Positions 38,467-47,662 of a DNA stretch of 59,125 bases are shown piece after piece. How positions within the stretch are numbered: position 1 is the first letter of the stretch; every line of letters begins with the position of its first letter. The position numbers and the translations under genes are program-made. Below the pieces are notes generated by a model. It was not told where the DNA came from, made no database searches, and saw nothing but the letters and a program-made list of their open reading frames with translations. Source of the stretch: Candidatus Omnitrophota bacterium. GTDB taxonomy: Bacteria > Omnitrophota > Gorgyraeia > Zapsychrales > Zapsychraceae. The DNA lies in assembly GCA_015233405.1 (NCBI GenBank), contig JADFXT010000013.1, forward strand, positions 1 through 59,125. The letters are read 5' to 3'.

Positions 38467-39971
38467 TTCAAAAATGTGTTATTAAAGACCCTTTGTAAAT
38501 ATTCTTTTTCTTGTCTGTCAAATCCGCCGAAATAAATAATAATGAAAAAGAAAACCACGCTTGCAAGAGATAAACAGGCGACACTTAAATAATTCGCTTT
38601 TATGAAAGGACTTAAAACGATCCTCTCAACAGCAATAACTGACCAGGAGATCAAGATGATTTTTAAAAGCAACCCGATATATTTATAAAATGAGATTTTG
38701 AGTTGACGGCAAGTGTAGGCCGGCAGGATGAAGATCTTAACGACGAGCATAGGGATTGCCGTTCCGAGAGCGACTCCAGCTATTCCATAAGAACGAACAA
38801 AAATCAAACTCAAGATTAAATTCGCTAAAGCTTCTAAAAACCCAGTAACAGCTAAAAATTTATGTTTGGAGATGCCATAAAGCATTTGTCCTGCGGGCGA
38901 TTGCATTAAATCTAATGAAGTTGCAAATAACAAAATCAGCATAATTTCATATGCCGACACATATTCCGCACCAACCCACCGCAGGATAAATACGCGTCCG
39001 AAAACAAAAAGCATACCAGCGACTAAACAAGATAAATATCCGCTTATTTTTATCATAAACCAAAACTTTTCGCGGATAGCGTTGAAATCATTCTGTCCCT
39101 CCCACTGGCTAAATATGGGCATAACTATTCCCACGGCATTATTTAAAAACTGCCTGTAATACCCTATCAAGCGCGCCGCCACAGAATATAACGTTACCGG
39201 GCTAAGCCCCATAAAGCCTGCGATGACAAAATTATCTATGTTAAATTTAATGTTCCCGGAAACATTAGCGATAAAAGAATAAACGCTGTAATGGAACAAT
39301 TTCTTGATTTGCGGCTTATGAAGATATGTAAAGCTGAATCTCAAATACGGCGCGATCCGTAATGAAATAAAGAAACACGCAATATATCCGGCCACATCCG
39401 TTAAAAACATGATCATGGCAAAAGCAAAAAGTTTATACCCATGCCCAATAAAAACAATGATCAAAAATGTTCGAATGACGAGTTTGACAAGATCAACATA
39501 AATGCTCAGATCCCAACGCAGGTGACTAGAAAATATCGCCCAAAAAGAACGCATGGGAAACCCGATGGCTAAAGTAAGGCCGGTCATGATAAGAATCATC
39601 CGGAATAACCCGATTTCAGACGGGTCTTTCAGAAAAAGATGCCCCAGCATCGCCGCGCCAAAAGAAATGATCAAAGAGGCTATTCCAATGAGGCTAAAAA
39701 CAATTAGCGAATTATTAACCACACTATTTACTTCCTCGTAATCATTAGTCCCCAACGCTCGAGACATATAGCGCTGAACAGCCGAACCCAAACCAAGATC
39801 AAGCAATCCATAAAATCCAAAAACAGCTCCTAAAAGCAACCACAATCCGTACATGCGATTTCCCAGATGCAAAATCAAAAACGGCATCATATAAAGCGAT
39901 ACTAATGTAGTCGCGAAAAAATTGACAACCCCTAGAAATGAGCCAGTCATTAATCGTTTGGATTTATTCAT
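38448..39971 (-). CDS. Wzx-type polysaccharide flippase (MOP superfamily)
   Basis: 507 aa with about 14 TM helices. The N-terminus is typical of oligosaccharide flippases (GSFLGVVNFFATTLVSLYMMPFLILHLG). Confidence 0.8.
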   Translation of the reverse strand: MNKSKRLMTGSFLGVVNFFATTLVSLYMMPFLILHLGNRMYGLWLLLGAVFGFYGLLDLGLGSAVQRYMSRALGTNDYEEVNSVVNNSLIVFSLIGIASLIISFGAAMLGHLFLKDPSEIGLFRMILIMTGLTLAIGFPMRSFWAIFSSHLRWDLSIYVDLVKLVIRTFLIIVFIGHGYKLFAFAMIMFLTDVAGYIACFFISLRIAPYLRFSFTYLHKPQIKKLFHYSVYSFIANVSGNIKFNIDNFVIAGFMGLSPVTLYSVAARLIGYYRQFLNNAVGIVMPIFSQWEGQNDFNAIREKFWFMIKISGYLSCLVAGMLFVFGRVFILRWVGAEYVSAYEIMLILLFATSLDLMQSPAGQMLYGISKHKFLAVTGFLEALANLILSLIFVRSYGIAGVALGTAIPMLVVKIFILPAYTCRQLKISFYKYIGLLLKIILISWSVIAVERIVLSPFIKANYLSVACLSLASVVFFFIIIYFGGFDRQEKEYLQRVFNNTFLKWKNRE

Positions 39972-40558
39972 TTAACCTTCCTTATTTTCTTAATAATCGC
40001 AGGAACCCCGACGGCTGTTGCATTATCCGGTATATCTTTAAGAACAACCGCATTAGCTCCTATCCAAACATTATTACCAACCTTAATCCCGCCGATCACC
40101 TTTGCCCCAGCGCCGATATAAACATTATCCCCAATCGTAGGGACAGCATCATCATGACCTTCGCCTTTCTGCCCGATGGTCACCCCCTGACTGACATTAC
40201 AATTCATTCCCATCTTAACCTTATGATGGAAAATAACCGTCCCAACATGGCCAATATACAATCCAGGGCCGATATCCACATTGGCAGGCAAGCGCACGCC
40301 AAGAAACATTTCAGAAAAAACACTTAACAACATACAAATAAGACGAAAAATCCATTTGATAATCGGAATATTGATCAAAAATAAGAATCGGCTTAATCGA
40401 TAAACCAAAGTTGCCCAAAGGCCCAGCTCAAAGATAGTGTAAAAAATATCCCTCAAGCTAAAGATATCCCAGCGGTCCAGATCTTTTTTAAAATACAATA
40501 TTTGTTCAATCATTTTATTTCGCGATCTTTGAAATATTATTCCAATGTCTTCTGCCAT
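39968..40558 (-). CDS. Serine-acetyltransferase-like hexapeptide-repeat O-acetyltransferase
   Basis: 196 aa. Left-handed beta-helix repeats (IGPGLYIGHVGTVIF ... TIGDNVYIGAGAKVIGGIKVGNNVWIGANAVVLKDIP). Confidence 0.8.
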   Translation of the reverse strand: MAEDIGIIFQRSRNKMIEQILYFKKDLDRWDIFSLRDIFYTIFELGLWATLVYRLSRFLFLINIPIIKWIFRLICMLLSVFSEMFLGVRLPANVDIGPGLYIGHVGTVIFHHKVKMGMNCNVSQGVTIGQKGEGHDDAVPTIGDNVYIGAGAKVIGGIKVGNNVWIGANAVVLKDIPDNATAVGVPAIIKKIRKVK

Positions 40559-41562
40559 GCCCAGGAATCCTTAAGCGATTGCGCCAAAGTTCTCTCGGAG
40601 TGCCAATCTAATATTCTTTTTGCTTTATCACAACTCGCATAAAGAGCCTCTACATCGCCTTCTCTTCGAGGCCCGATGACATAATTCAACTTTATGCCCG
40701 TTACCTGTTCAAAGGTCTTAATAACTTCCATGACGCTGTTGCCTTTTCCTGTGCCCAGGTTAAAGACGTCATAAAATCCTTTTCCTTTTGGGATATCTTG
40801 TTTCTTGCTTAGATATTCCAAGGCTTTAATATGTGCTTTGGCTAAATCAACCACATGAATATAGTCACGAATCGGGCTGCCATCCGGCGTATTATAGTCA
40901 TTGCCGTACACAACCAACTTTTCCAACTTTCCTGCAGCTGCCTGTGTTACGAATGGGACCAAATTGTTAGGTGTGCCTATCGGAAATTCCCCTATTTTTG
41001 CGCTCTCATGAGCTCCAACAGGATTAAAATATCGAAGGGAAACGGCTCTTAGCTGATCACCAAGACAAACAAGCTCTTTGATGAGATCTTCGCAAATCTT
41101 CTTTGTTTCTCCATAAGGAGACGTGGCTTTCTGTAACGGAGTTTCTTCTGTGGCTGGCAATTTATCCGGCTGGCCATATACGCAGGCGGAAGATGAAAAA
41201 ACCAGATATGGAATCTGATAGTCTGTGACAACTTTCAAAATCACCTTCATGGCCCCGACATTATTAGTATGGTAAAGCTGCGGCCTTTTAACTGACTCTC
41301 CGACAGCTTTTAAAGCAGCGAAATGCACAACCCCTGTTATCTCAGATTCTTTGTCAAAGACGGAACGCATGAAATTCTCGTCGCAGCAATTTCCTTCATG
41401 GCAAGGCACATCAAACCCTAAAATATCTTTTAGCCTTTCAATAACATCTTTTCGCGAATTGCAAAAATTATCGATAATAACAGGCTTATAGCCTGCCGTT
41501 GCCAATTCAACAACTGTATGTGAGCCAATGTATCCGGCTCCGCCGGTGATTATGATTTTCAT
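40537..41562 (-). CDS. galE: UDP-glucose 4-epimerase
   Basis: 341 aa. MKIIITGGAGYIGSH, SSSACVYG, YGETKKICE (YxxxK), RYFNPVGAH. Confidence 0.88.
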   Translation of the reverse strand: MKIIITGGAGYIGSHTVVELATAGYKPVIIDNFCNSRKDVIERLKDILGFDVPCHEGNCCDENFMRSVFDKESEITGVVHFAALKAVGESVKRPQLYHTNNVGAMKVILKVVTDYQIPYLVFSSSACVYGQPDKLPATEETPLQKATSPYGETKKICEDLIKELVCLGDQLRAVSLRYFNPVGAHESAKIGEFPIGTPNNLVPFVTQAAAGKLEKLVVYGNDYNTPDGSPIRDYIHVVDLAKAHIKALEYLSKKQDIPKGKGFYDVFNLGTGKGNSVMEVIKTFEQVTGIKLNYVIGPRREGDVEALYASCDKAKRILDWHSERTLAQSLKDSWAWQKTLE

Positions 41563-41590
41563 AATAAAGATATCCGTTCAACATGGAGCC

Positions 41591-42379
41591 TCATAAATAC
41601 CTATAAATATATTCCGGCAAATGATATTCAATATTGGTCAAAACATGGCCCAATATGGCTGAATGTGATTGATGTAATTTTTCAAGGGCCCGTTTTACCA
41701 CTCCTCGTTGCGTGCTACCCGCCTTAACCACCAATATTAGCCCATCTACCAAGCGGCCTAAAATGCTGGCATCGGTGACGGGAATAATCGGAGACGTGTC
41801 TATGATGACATGGTCAAATCGATCTTTCATCTCAACAAAAAACTTCCTCATCTCATCCGAAGCCAACAGCTCCGATGGATTTTCCGGAACGCTCCCCGAG
41901 GCAATGAAAGCCAGGTTTTCATAGTTATCCAGCTTAAAAACGACATCTTCCATTTTTGCGACACCGGTCAATATTTCAGATAATCCCACTGGTTGCTTGA
42001 CTCCTAAATATTTTGCGATCCTCCCTTTTCTTAGATCCGCATCGATAAGAAGAATTTTGGGTTTACTAACAGCTTGCGCCATAGATATCGCAATGTTTAA
42101 TGACGTGACGGTTTTGCCTTCTCCGGGAAGAGCGCTGGTGATCACAAATGCCTTCGGAGGTTTTCCGTTATTCTTAGACAAAATATTTGTACGAAGAGTT
42201 TTATACTGTTCGCTGATTACGGCTTTTGTGTCAAAGTAAGTGATTATGCTGGCATCTATATTGGATTCTTTTATTTTCTTAACAACAAGGTCATCCCTGT
42301 TTTTTATCTTGGACATTTTCTCGAGATGATCCATTCGTTCTTCCGCTGCCTTCTTAAGTGCGTCTGTAATCTTCCCCAT
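41591..42379 (-). CDS. BY-kinase-like P-loop ATPase (CpsD/EpsG type chain-length co-regulator)
   Basis: 262 aa. Walker A (ITSALPGEGKTVTSLNIA), Walker A' (LLIDADLRKG) and Walker B (VIIDTSP). It ends in YIYRYL, which is Tyr-containing but not a long Tyr cluster. Confidence 0.8.
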   Translation of the reverse strand: MGKITDALKKAAEERMDHLEKMSKIKNRDDLVVKKIKESNIDASIITYFDTKAVISEQYKTLRTNILSKNNGKPPKAFVITSALPGEGKTVTSLNIAISMAQAVSKPKILLIDADLRKGRIAKYLGVKQPVGLSEILTGVAKMEDVVFKLDNYENLAFIASGSVPENPSELLASDEMRKFFVEMKDRFDHVIIDTSPIIPVTDASILGRLVDGLILVVKAGSTQRGVVKRALEKLHQSHSAILGHVLTNIEYHLPEYIYRYL

Positions 42380-42439
42380 TATCTATTCCTCTCTCTTCTA
42401 TTAATTTCCCCGTTAAGAATTCATCAAGGGGTTGTTCTT

Positions 42440-43309
42440 CTAAACCATTTTTTCAATGAGCATTCCCTCTTCCGCAGGAACATTTTTCACCCCGCCAAGC
42501 TGCATTGTAGGAGACTCACCAATGGCCTCACACATTATTTTGCCGGCTATCTGATCTGACTCATAGATGTATCCGGATAGTAAGGCGCTGTCACATATTT
42601 GATTGATGAGCCTGGGAACTCCTTTTGAAAATTCATAGATAAGTTCAAACGCTTCCGGAGTAAAGATCTCTTGAGCTTCATCTCCCCTCGCAACATTAAG
42701 CCTGTGCCGGATATAATTAATGGTTTCTTCTCTATTTAAAGGGCTCAGGTCATAATACACTGCGATTCGTTGGCGAAGCTGCTCTAGCCTAGAGAGAGCC
42801 AATTTCTTTTTTAATTCAGGTTGCCCAATGAAAACGATCTGAATTAACTTTTCATTTTCAGTCTCTAGATTTGACAGCATTCTGACTTCTTCAAGAACAG
42901 AAGGAGTTAAATTCTGGGCCTCATCAATAATTAAAACAACGTTGTAGTCATTTTTTAGCTGTTCAATTAAATAATTATTGATATGAAAAAGCAACTTCGC
43001 CTTCGAACCTGGGGTGTAATCAATTTCCAGATCATCCAAAATAGACATAAGCAAATCTTTTCCGCTGATGTGCGTATTGGTAATCAAGGCAGTTCTTGTC
43101 CTTATGCTTAATTTGTTTATAAGCTTTCTGCAGACGGTTGTCTTTCCGGAACCAATGTCGCCGGTCAAAACAACAAAACCTTTTCTTTGATTAATCGCAT
43201 AAAGCAAAGTGTTTAACGCTTCGGTGTGCTGGCTGCTTTCGAAGAAAAAATGAGGGTTTGGTGTTAAATTAAACGGCGGCTCTTTAAAACCATAATATCT
43301 ATAGTACAT
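42440..43309 (-). CDS. ExeA/GspA-like AAA ATPase (PEP-CTERM-locus secretion ATPase type)
   Basis: I trimmed the start to MYYRYYGFKEPPFNLTPNPHFFF at 43309, the typical ExeA N-terminus. Walker A is TGDIGSGKTT and Walker B is LIIDEAQNL. Confidence 0.8.
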   Translation of the reverse strand: MYYRYYGFKEPPFNLTPNPHFFFESSQHTEALNTLLYAINQRKGFVVLTGDIGSGKTTVCRKLINKLSIRTRTALITNTHISGKDLLMSILDDLEIDYTPGSKAKLLFHINNYLIEQLKNDYNVVLIIDEAQNLTPSVLEEVRMLSNLETENEKLIQIVFIGQPELKKKLALSRLEQLRQRIAVYYDLSPLNREETINYIRHRLNVARGDEAQEIFTPEAFELIYEFSKGVPRLINQICDSALLSGYIYESDQIAGKIMCEAIGESPTMQLGGVKNVPAEEGMLIEKMV

Positions 43310-43322
43310 ACCATTCCCTTTT

Positions 43323-44618
43323 TTATTGAACAAACTTAGACAATGTCTGCGCAACCATCATGAGCGCAAATCCAGAAATTGACGTTAAAACATATAACCA
43401 CATGATGCGTTCTTTCCTTATTCTTATAATATCTACGGTGACTATTCTTGAAATTGCTCCGATGAGCGGAACTTCAAAAAATTTAGAAGCCTCCTCGACA
43501 TCGAGAAAAGAACGATCAAGAAATTCCATAAGAAATACTAAACCCGCGCCGATACCAACACCCAAAATCAACCCGATAAATGTCACCAGCACTTTGTTTG
43601 GCTTAGACGGTGTCAACGGCACCCTCGGAGGGTCTAAAATCGTATAACGCGTCCCTTCATTCGACATTTGTAATCGCTGAGTCATCTTTGCGATCTCTAA
43701 TCTTTCCAAGAGCATGTTGTATATCTTTGTGTTGACGTTTTCATCGCGCGCAACCGCAGAATCCAATTTATCAATCAACATGACCTTATAAATATCTTCC
43801 GGTTTATTTTCTGCGGAAAGGGATCCGCTTGATTTTCCTTCTATATTATCTAAAGCTTTCTTTATCTCCGTTATAAGCGGATTGCCGGTTGCCACTTTAT
43901 TGCTTGAATCTTCCGTATATTCAAGATTTTCCTTCCTCAGTTCTTCTTCTTTGACCCTAAGCTGCTCTCTTAATTGTTTGACAGCCGGATGCATTTCGGT
44001 CGAGTCGACCAATAAGGCATTCAGCTGGTCTTTAATAGCAGCGATCTCAGAAGATTTCACCTTTCCTTTATATATGCGCAGCTGTCCTTCCATAAAAACG
44101 ATCGCATCTGCGGTTTCACCATTCTGAATTCGCAAATTACGATCAATAAATATTTCCGTGATATTTTTGACAACATCCCGAACGTTTAACGGATCTTTAC
44201 CTAAATAGGAAAGCTGAATAATATTACGGCTTTTCAATCTAATCGACATCTTCTTCCGTATCCCGAGGATAAGATCTTCGTAGTCTTGGCTAGTTTTAAC
44301 ATCTTTATCCATTTTTAACCTCTTGACCAACTCGACCAGACTATTCCACCCCAGCATGGACTCTTTGATCGTATCTACTCGCTGCCCGATGCTGGTCGCT
44401 ACGGCCAATTTATCAAAAAGAGGATTATCGCTTTTGCCCTCTTCCACAAGGAGTGTGGTTGAAGAACTGTATTCTTTAGGCAAGATCATGCTGGCACAGA
44501 TCCCTAAAAATAATCCCAATAATCCGGGAATAATGATCAAATGCTTACGCATAAATAATATTTTTAAATAATTTATATATGTCTTTTCTTTTTCTATTGA
44601 TTCGCTCATAGCTCTCAC
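43323..44618 (-). CDS. Wzz-family polysaccharide chain-length determinant (PCP) protein
   Basis: 431 aa. An N-terminal TM helix, then YSSSTTLLVE, a long coiled-coil periplasmic region, a PPRVPLTPSKPNK motif and a C-terminal TM helix. Confidence 0.8.
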   Translation of the reverse strand: MRAMSESIEKEKTYINYLKILFMRKHLIIIPGLLGLFLGICASMILPKEYSSSTTLLVEEGKSDNPLFDKLAVATSIGQRVDTIKESMLGWNSLVELVKRLKMDKDVKTSQDYEDLILGIRKKMSIRLKSRNIIQLSYLGKDPLNVRDVVKNITEIFIDRNLRIQNGETADAIVFMEGQLRIYKGKVKSSEIAAIKDQLNALLVDSTEMHPAVKQLREQLRVKEEELRKENLEYTEDSSNKVATGNPLITEIKKALDNIEGKSSGSLSAENKPEDIYKVMLIDKLDSAVARDENVNTKIYNMLLERLEIAKMTQRLQMSNEGTRYTILDPPRVPLTPSKPNKVLVTFIGLILGVGIGAGLVFLMEFLDRSFLDVEEASKFFEVPLIGAISRIVTVDIIRIRKERIMWLYVLTSISGFALMMVAQTLSKFVQ

Positions 44619-44666
44619 TTTCGTAGTTTTTAAAATAGACCCGACTTAAAAATAAAAGTTCTAATA

Positions 44667-45488
44667 TTAAAAGGGCGACATAACTGATCGTCCTGCTCCA
44701 GCAGCCGTAATTACAGGATTTGTGACAGGTTGTATCACTCTCATGATCTTTGTCATGACAGTCGACGGAATATACAAAGTATCTCCCGGCTTCATCACAA
44801 GATTTTCTTTAAGATCACCTTCGTAAAGTAATTTATTAACATCCACGTGCTTAATGACAGGCTGATTCTTAAGCGATGGAGTTATCAGCTTGCTGTTAGA
44901 AGCTTTTGCGCTGAGCAGTGGAAGACCGGCTCTTATCAGCGCCTCTCTAACTGTTATAGAGTCTCCTCGCATAAAAACTTTCCCCGGCAGGCCGACTTCT
45001 CCAATGACATAAACAACCTTGCTATTATATTCTGCAATTTTCAAAGATATTTCCGGAGAAAAAATGTAAGTTGAAAGTTTTTTCTTGATAAGTTCTGTGG
45101 CTTGGTCTTTCTTCAGCCCGGCAAGAGTAATATCTCCCACAAATTCATACTGAATATTGCCTTCATCGTTTATAGAATATTTTCCGCTTACCTCAGGATG
45201 CCGTAGAACAGTAATTTCGATGACATCAGTAGCGCCTAAAGTATATTGACTTGCAGCTTGTTCTTCAGTAGCAGCTCCAGGTTCCGGAGCAATTCCTTCG
45301 TCCATGAGCATTTTGTTGACATCGCTCTCATTAAGTTTCGGATTCAGGGCTGTTTCTGTCTTCTTCGGCGCTTCTTTTATAGGAGAAGCGTCCTTTGAAA
45401 AATTCTGAGAATTGGCATTTCCTGTTAAAAAGGCATAAAAACAGATAAAAATAAACCCAATTACTACGTATTTCCTTGTTATTTTCAT
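44667..45488 (-). CDS. Wza-like polysaccharide export protein (Poly_export plus SLBB)
   Basis: 273 aa. Signal peptide present. YTLGATDVIEITV, GEVGLPG and PGDTLYIP blocks. Confidence 0.8.
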   Translation of the reverse strand: MKITRKYVVIGFIFICFYAFLTGNANSQNFSKDASPIKEAPKKTETALNPKLNESDVNKMLMDEGIAPEPGAATEEQAASQYTLGATDVIEITVLRHPEVSGKYSINDEGNIQYEFVGDITLAGLKKDQATELIKKKLSTYIFSPEISLKIAEYNSKVVYVIGEVGLPGKVFMRGDSITVREALIRAGLPLLSAKASNSKLITPSLKNQPVIKHVDVNKLLYEGDLKENLVMKPGDTLYIPSTVMTKIMRVIQPVTNPVITAAGAGRSVMSPF

Positions 45489-45527
45489 AAATTCTCCCTG
45501 TATAAATTAATACCTGAAATTATTTCG

Positions 45528-45734
45528 CTAAACGTCAAAAAGAGCTTCCTTTAATTCTTTAATTAGCTCTACTTCGTGAGGATCGTAAATTCGCCAGCCC
45601 CGCCAGTCTCTCTTTGTTTTATTTATTTTTCCGACCTTTTCCCAGCGGGTTAAAGTTTTTGTGCTGACGCCAACTATTTGAGCGACCTCTGTAATAGTTA
45701 ACCTGTCTTGCACTTGGCCAATCTCCTTTTTCAT
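45528..45734 (-). CDS. Small MerR/excisionase-type helix-turn-helix DNA-binding protein
   Basis: 68 aa. LTITEVAQIVGVSTKTLTRWEKVGKI ... RIYDPHEVELIKELK. It is the first gene of the minus-strand EPS gene string. Confidence 0.7.
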   Translation of the reverse strand: MKKEIGQVQDRLTITEVAQIVGVSTKTLTRWEKVGKINKTKRDWRGWRIYDPHEVELIKELKEALFDV

Positions 45735-45795
45735 GAAATTATTAATTAAAATTAACCATCTGGTGAAATATCTTCATTATCCACACATTTAATAC

Positions 45796-45811
45796 AGCAA
45801 GAAGTATACCT
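45796..45811 (-). promoter_or_regulatory. Weak candidate sigma-54 promoter
   Basis: The minus strand reads AGGTATACTTCTTGCT. GG and GC are correctly spaced and the -12 TTGCT is perfect, but the -24 box is poor. It lies about 60 nt upstream of the ATG at 45734. Confidence 0.3.
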
Positions 45812-45900
45812 GTCCAGCACAACGAACAATAAATTTCTTTATATTTATCATAAATCATTGCAATCAAATAAGTTCCAAATTAAAAAAACAATTAGCCGGC

Positions 45901-45975
45901 ACAGTTTATAACTGTCCTATAAAAAACCAGTGTTTAAAGGAATAAACATCCTTGTCTATGACAGACTAGGACTGT
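45901..45975. promoter_or_regulatory. Cluster of dyad-symmetric sites in the divergent intergenic region
   Basis: ACAGTTTATAACTGT lies at 45901-45915 and ACAGACTAGGACTGT at 45961-45975. Both are ACAG-N7-CTGT and they are exactly 60 bp apart. Between them lies GTGTTTAAAGGAATAAACAT (45930-45949). TGTAAA-N7-TTTACA follows at 45978-45996. Confidence 0.35.
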
Positions 45976-46201
45976 ACTGTAAAGCCATTGTTTACACGCA
46001 CTTACATCAATGTTTATTATTATCAACATCTTTTGATCGATTTTTTATCTTAGAAATGAAAAACTGTTGAGATAAATAATTTGTTCTTATTAGACTGTAT
46101 TCTTGAAAAATCATTTTTCTTTTTTCTTTAAACTTTTTTAAATCACTTTCTTCATCCAAAAATCCGACAAAATTAAATATCTATCTTTTATTATTAAGAT
46201 G

Positions 46202-46218
46202 TGGTACGCTTTTTGCAT
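46202..46218 (+). promoter_or_regulatory. Sigma-54 -24/-12-like site abutting the rpoN start codon
   Basis: The + strand reads TGGTACGCTTTTTGCAT, against TGGCACG-N4-TTGCW. The rpoN ATG begins at 46219. Confidence 0.4.
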
Positions 46219-47589
46219 ATGCTACGCACTTCATTACAACAACTGCAGAAACAAACCCTTTCCCCGATTATGCAAAAATCCATCGAGGTGCTTTTACTAC
46301 CTGTTATGGATTTGAATGTCGCCATCGACCAGGAAATCGAAACAAATCCTCTTCTGGAAATTAATGAAGACGAAACAGAAAATTTAAAAACCCAAGCAGA
46401 GGATGTCTTTAATAAAATCAAAGCCATTGAATCCTTGCCCAATAATATCCCCAGCAATTACAATAATGACGACGAGGAAAATACTTACGAGCGGCCCATA
46501 GTAAAATATATCGAGCTCGAAGAAAACCTTCTAAAGGAACTTAAATATGAGCTGGATGACCCTTTAGAAATCAAGATCGGCGAGCTTATCATAGGAAATC
46601 TTGACAGCGACGGATACCTAAAGGTCACCTTAGAAGATATCGCCGAGAGCGTCGGCACAGATAATATTAATCTCGTGGAAAAAGTTTTAACGACAATACA
46701 GACTTTTGGGCCTGAAGGAATCGCGGCCAGAGATCTTAAGGAATGTTTGGCTTTACAGGCTAAAAATAAGTGCCCCGACGATCTGAAAACAATCACCGCC
46801 CAGATTATTTCCGAGTACCTTCCGGAGTTGGCAAGCAAGAAATACTTACAAATCGCCAGAAAATTAAAGGAAAATATTGAGAAAGTCAAACAGGCGGCAA
46901 AGATCATCTCGTCGCTAGACCCAAAACCAGCAAGAAACCTTAGGCCCATTAAAGGCGATATCTATATAAAACCAGACATCACCATATCCAAAGATGATGA
47001 CTCAGAGATTTACAAGGCGCATGTGAACCGCGAAGGGATTCCCTCCTTACGCATCAATAAGACCTATCAAGAAATGCTCAATAATTCCGCGCTAAAACCT
47101 GAAGAAAAAGAATTTATCCAAGACAACATTAAAAAAGCTCTTAATTTCATCCAAAGCATAGATCAGCGAGGAAAAACCATTCACAAAATCGCCGAATATA
47201 TTTTAGAGAAACAAAAAGACTTTTTTCAAGATGGAATTAGTTCACTAATACCCATGACTTTAGAAGATATCGCGCAAGCATTAGACCGAAACAAATCGAC
47301 GATAAGCAGAGCCATAAGTAATAAATATATTGATACCCCTCACGGGATGTTCCCTATAAAAGCATTATTTTCACAAGGGATAAATGAACAAGCCAACGGA
47401 TCCGTTGCGTCGAAAAGCATTAAGGAAGAAATTTGGGGCCTTGTAGAAGAGGAAGAGCCCTCTGCTCCTCTATCTGACAGCGACATTCAAGAACACTTCT
47501 CAAAAAAAGGTCTACAAATAGCCAGAAGAACCATTAGCAAATATAGGCAATCGCTCAGGATCCTGCCCTCCAACCTAAGAAAAAATTAA
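46219..47589 (+). CDS. rpoN: RNA polymerase sigma-54 factor
   Basis: Region I is (M)LRTSLQQLQKQTLSPIMQKSIEVLLLPVMDL. An acidic region II and a core-binding region follow. C-terminal HTH and RpoN box (IARRTISKYRQSL). I prefer the ATG at 46219 over the GTG at 46201 because it aligns with the canonical Region I start. Confidence 0.92.
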   Translation: MLRTSLQQLQKQTLSPIMQKSIEVLLLPVMDLNVAIDQEIETNPLLEINEDETENLKTQAEDVFNKIKAIESLPNNIPSNYNNDDEENTYERPIVKYIELEENLLKELKYELDDPLEIKIGELIIGNLDSDGYLKVTLEDIAESVGTDNINLVEKVLTTIQTFGPEGIAARDLKECLALQAKNKCPDDLKTITAQIISEYLPELASKKYLQIARKLKENIEKVKQAAKIISSLDPKPARNLRPIKGDIYIKPDITISKDDDSEIYKAHVNREGIPSLRINKTYQEMLNNSALKPEEKEFIQDNIKKALNFIQSIDQRGKTIHKIAEYILEKQKDFFQDGISSLIPMTLEDIAQALDRNKSTISRAISNKYIDTPHGMFPIKALFSQGINEQANGSVASKSIKEEIWGLVEEEEPSAPLSDSDIQEHFSKKGLQIARRTISKYRQSLRILPSNLRKN

Positions 47590-47610
47590 AAAATAACAGC
47601 AAATAAATAA

Positions 47611-47646
47611 AAAGAGCATCTCACGTCAATGAGATGCCCTTTTTAC
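47611..47646. terminator. Bidirectional Rho-independent terminator between convergent genes
   Basis: Stem GCATCTCA (47616-47623) pairs with TGAGATGC (47630-47637). It is flanked by an A-run upstream and CCCTTTTT downstream. Confidence 0.7.
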
Positions 47647-47662
47647 TATTATTTTATATCTC

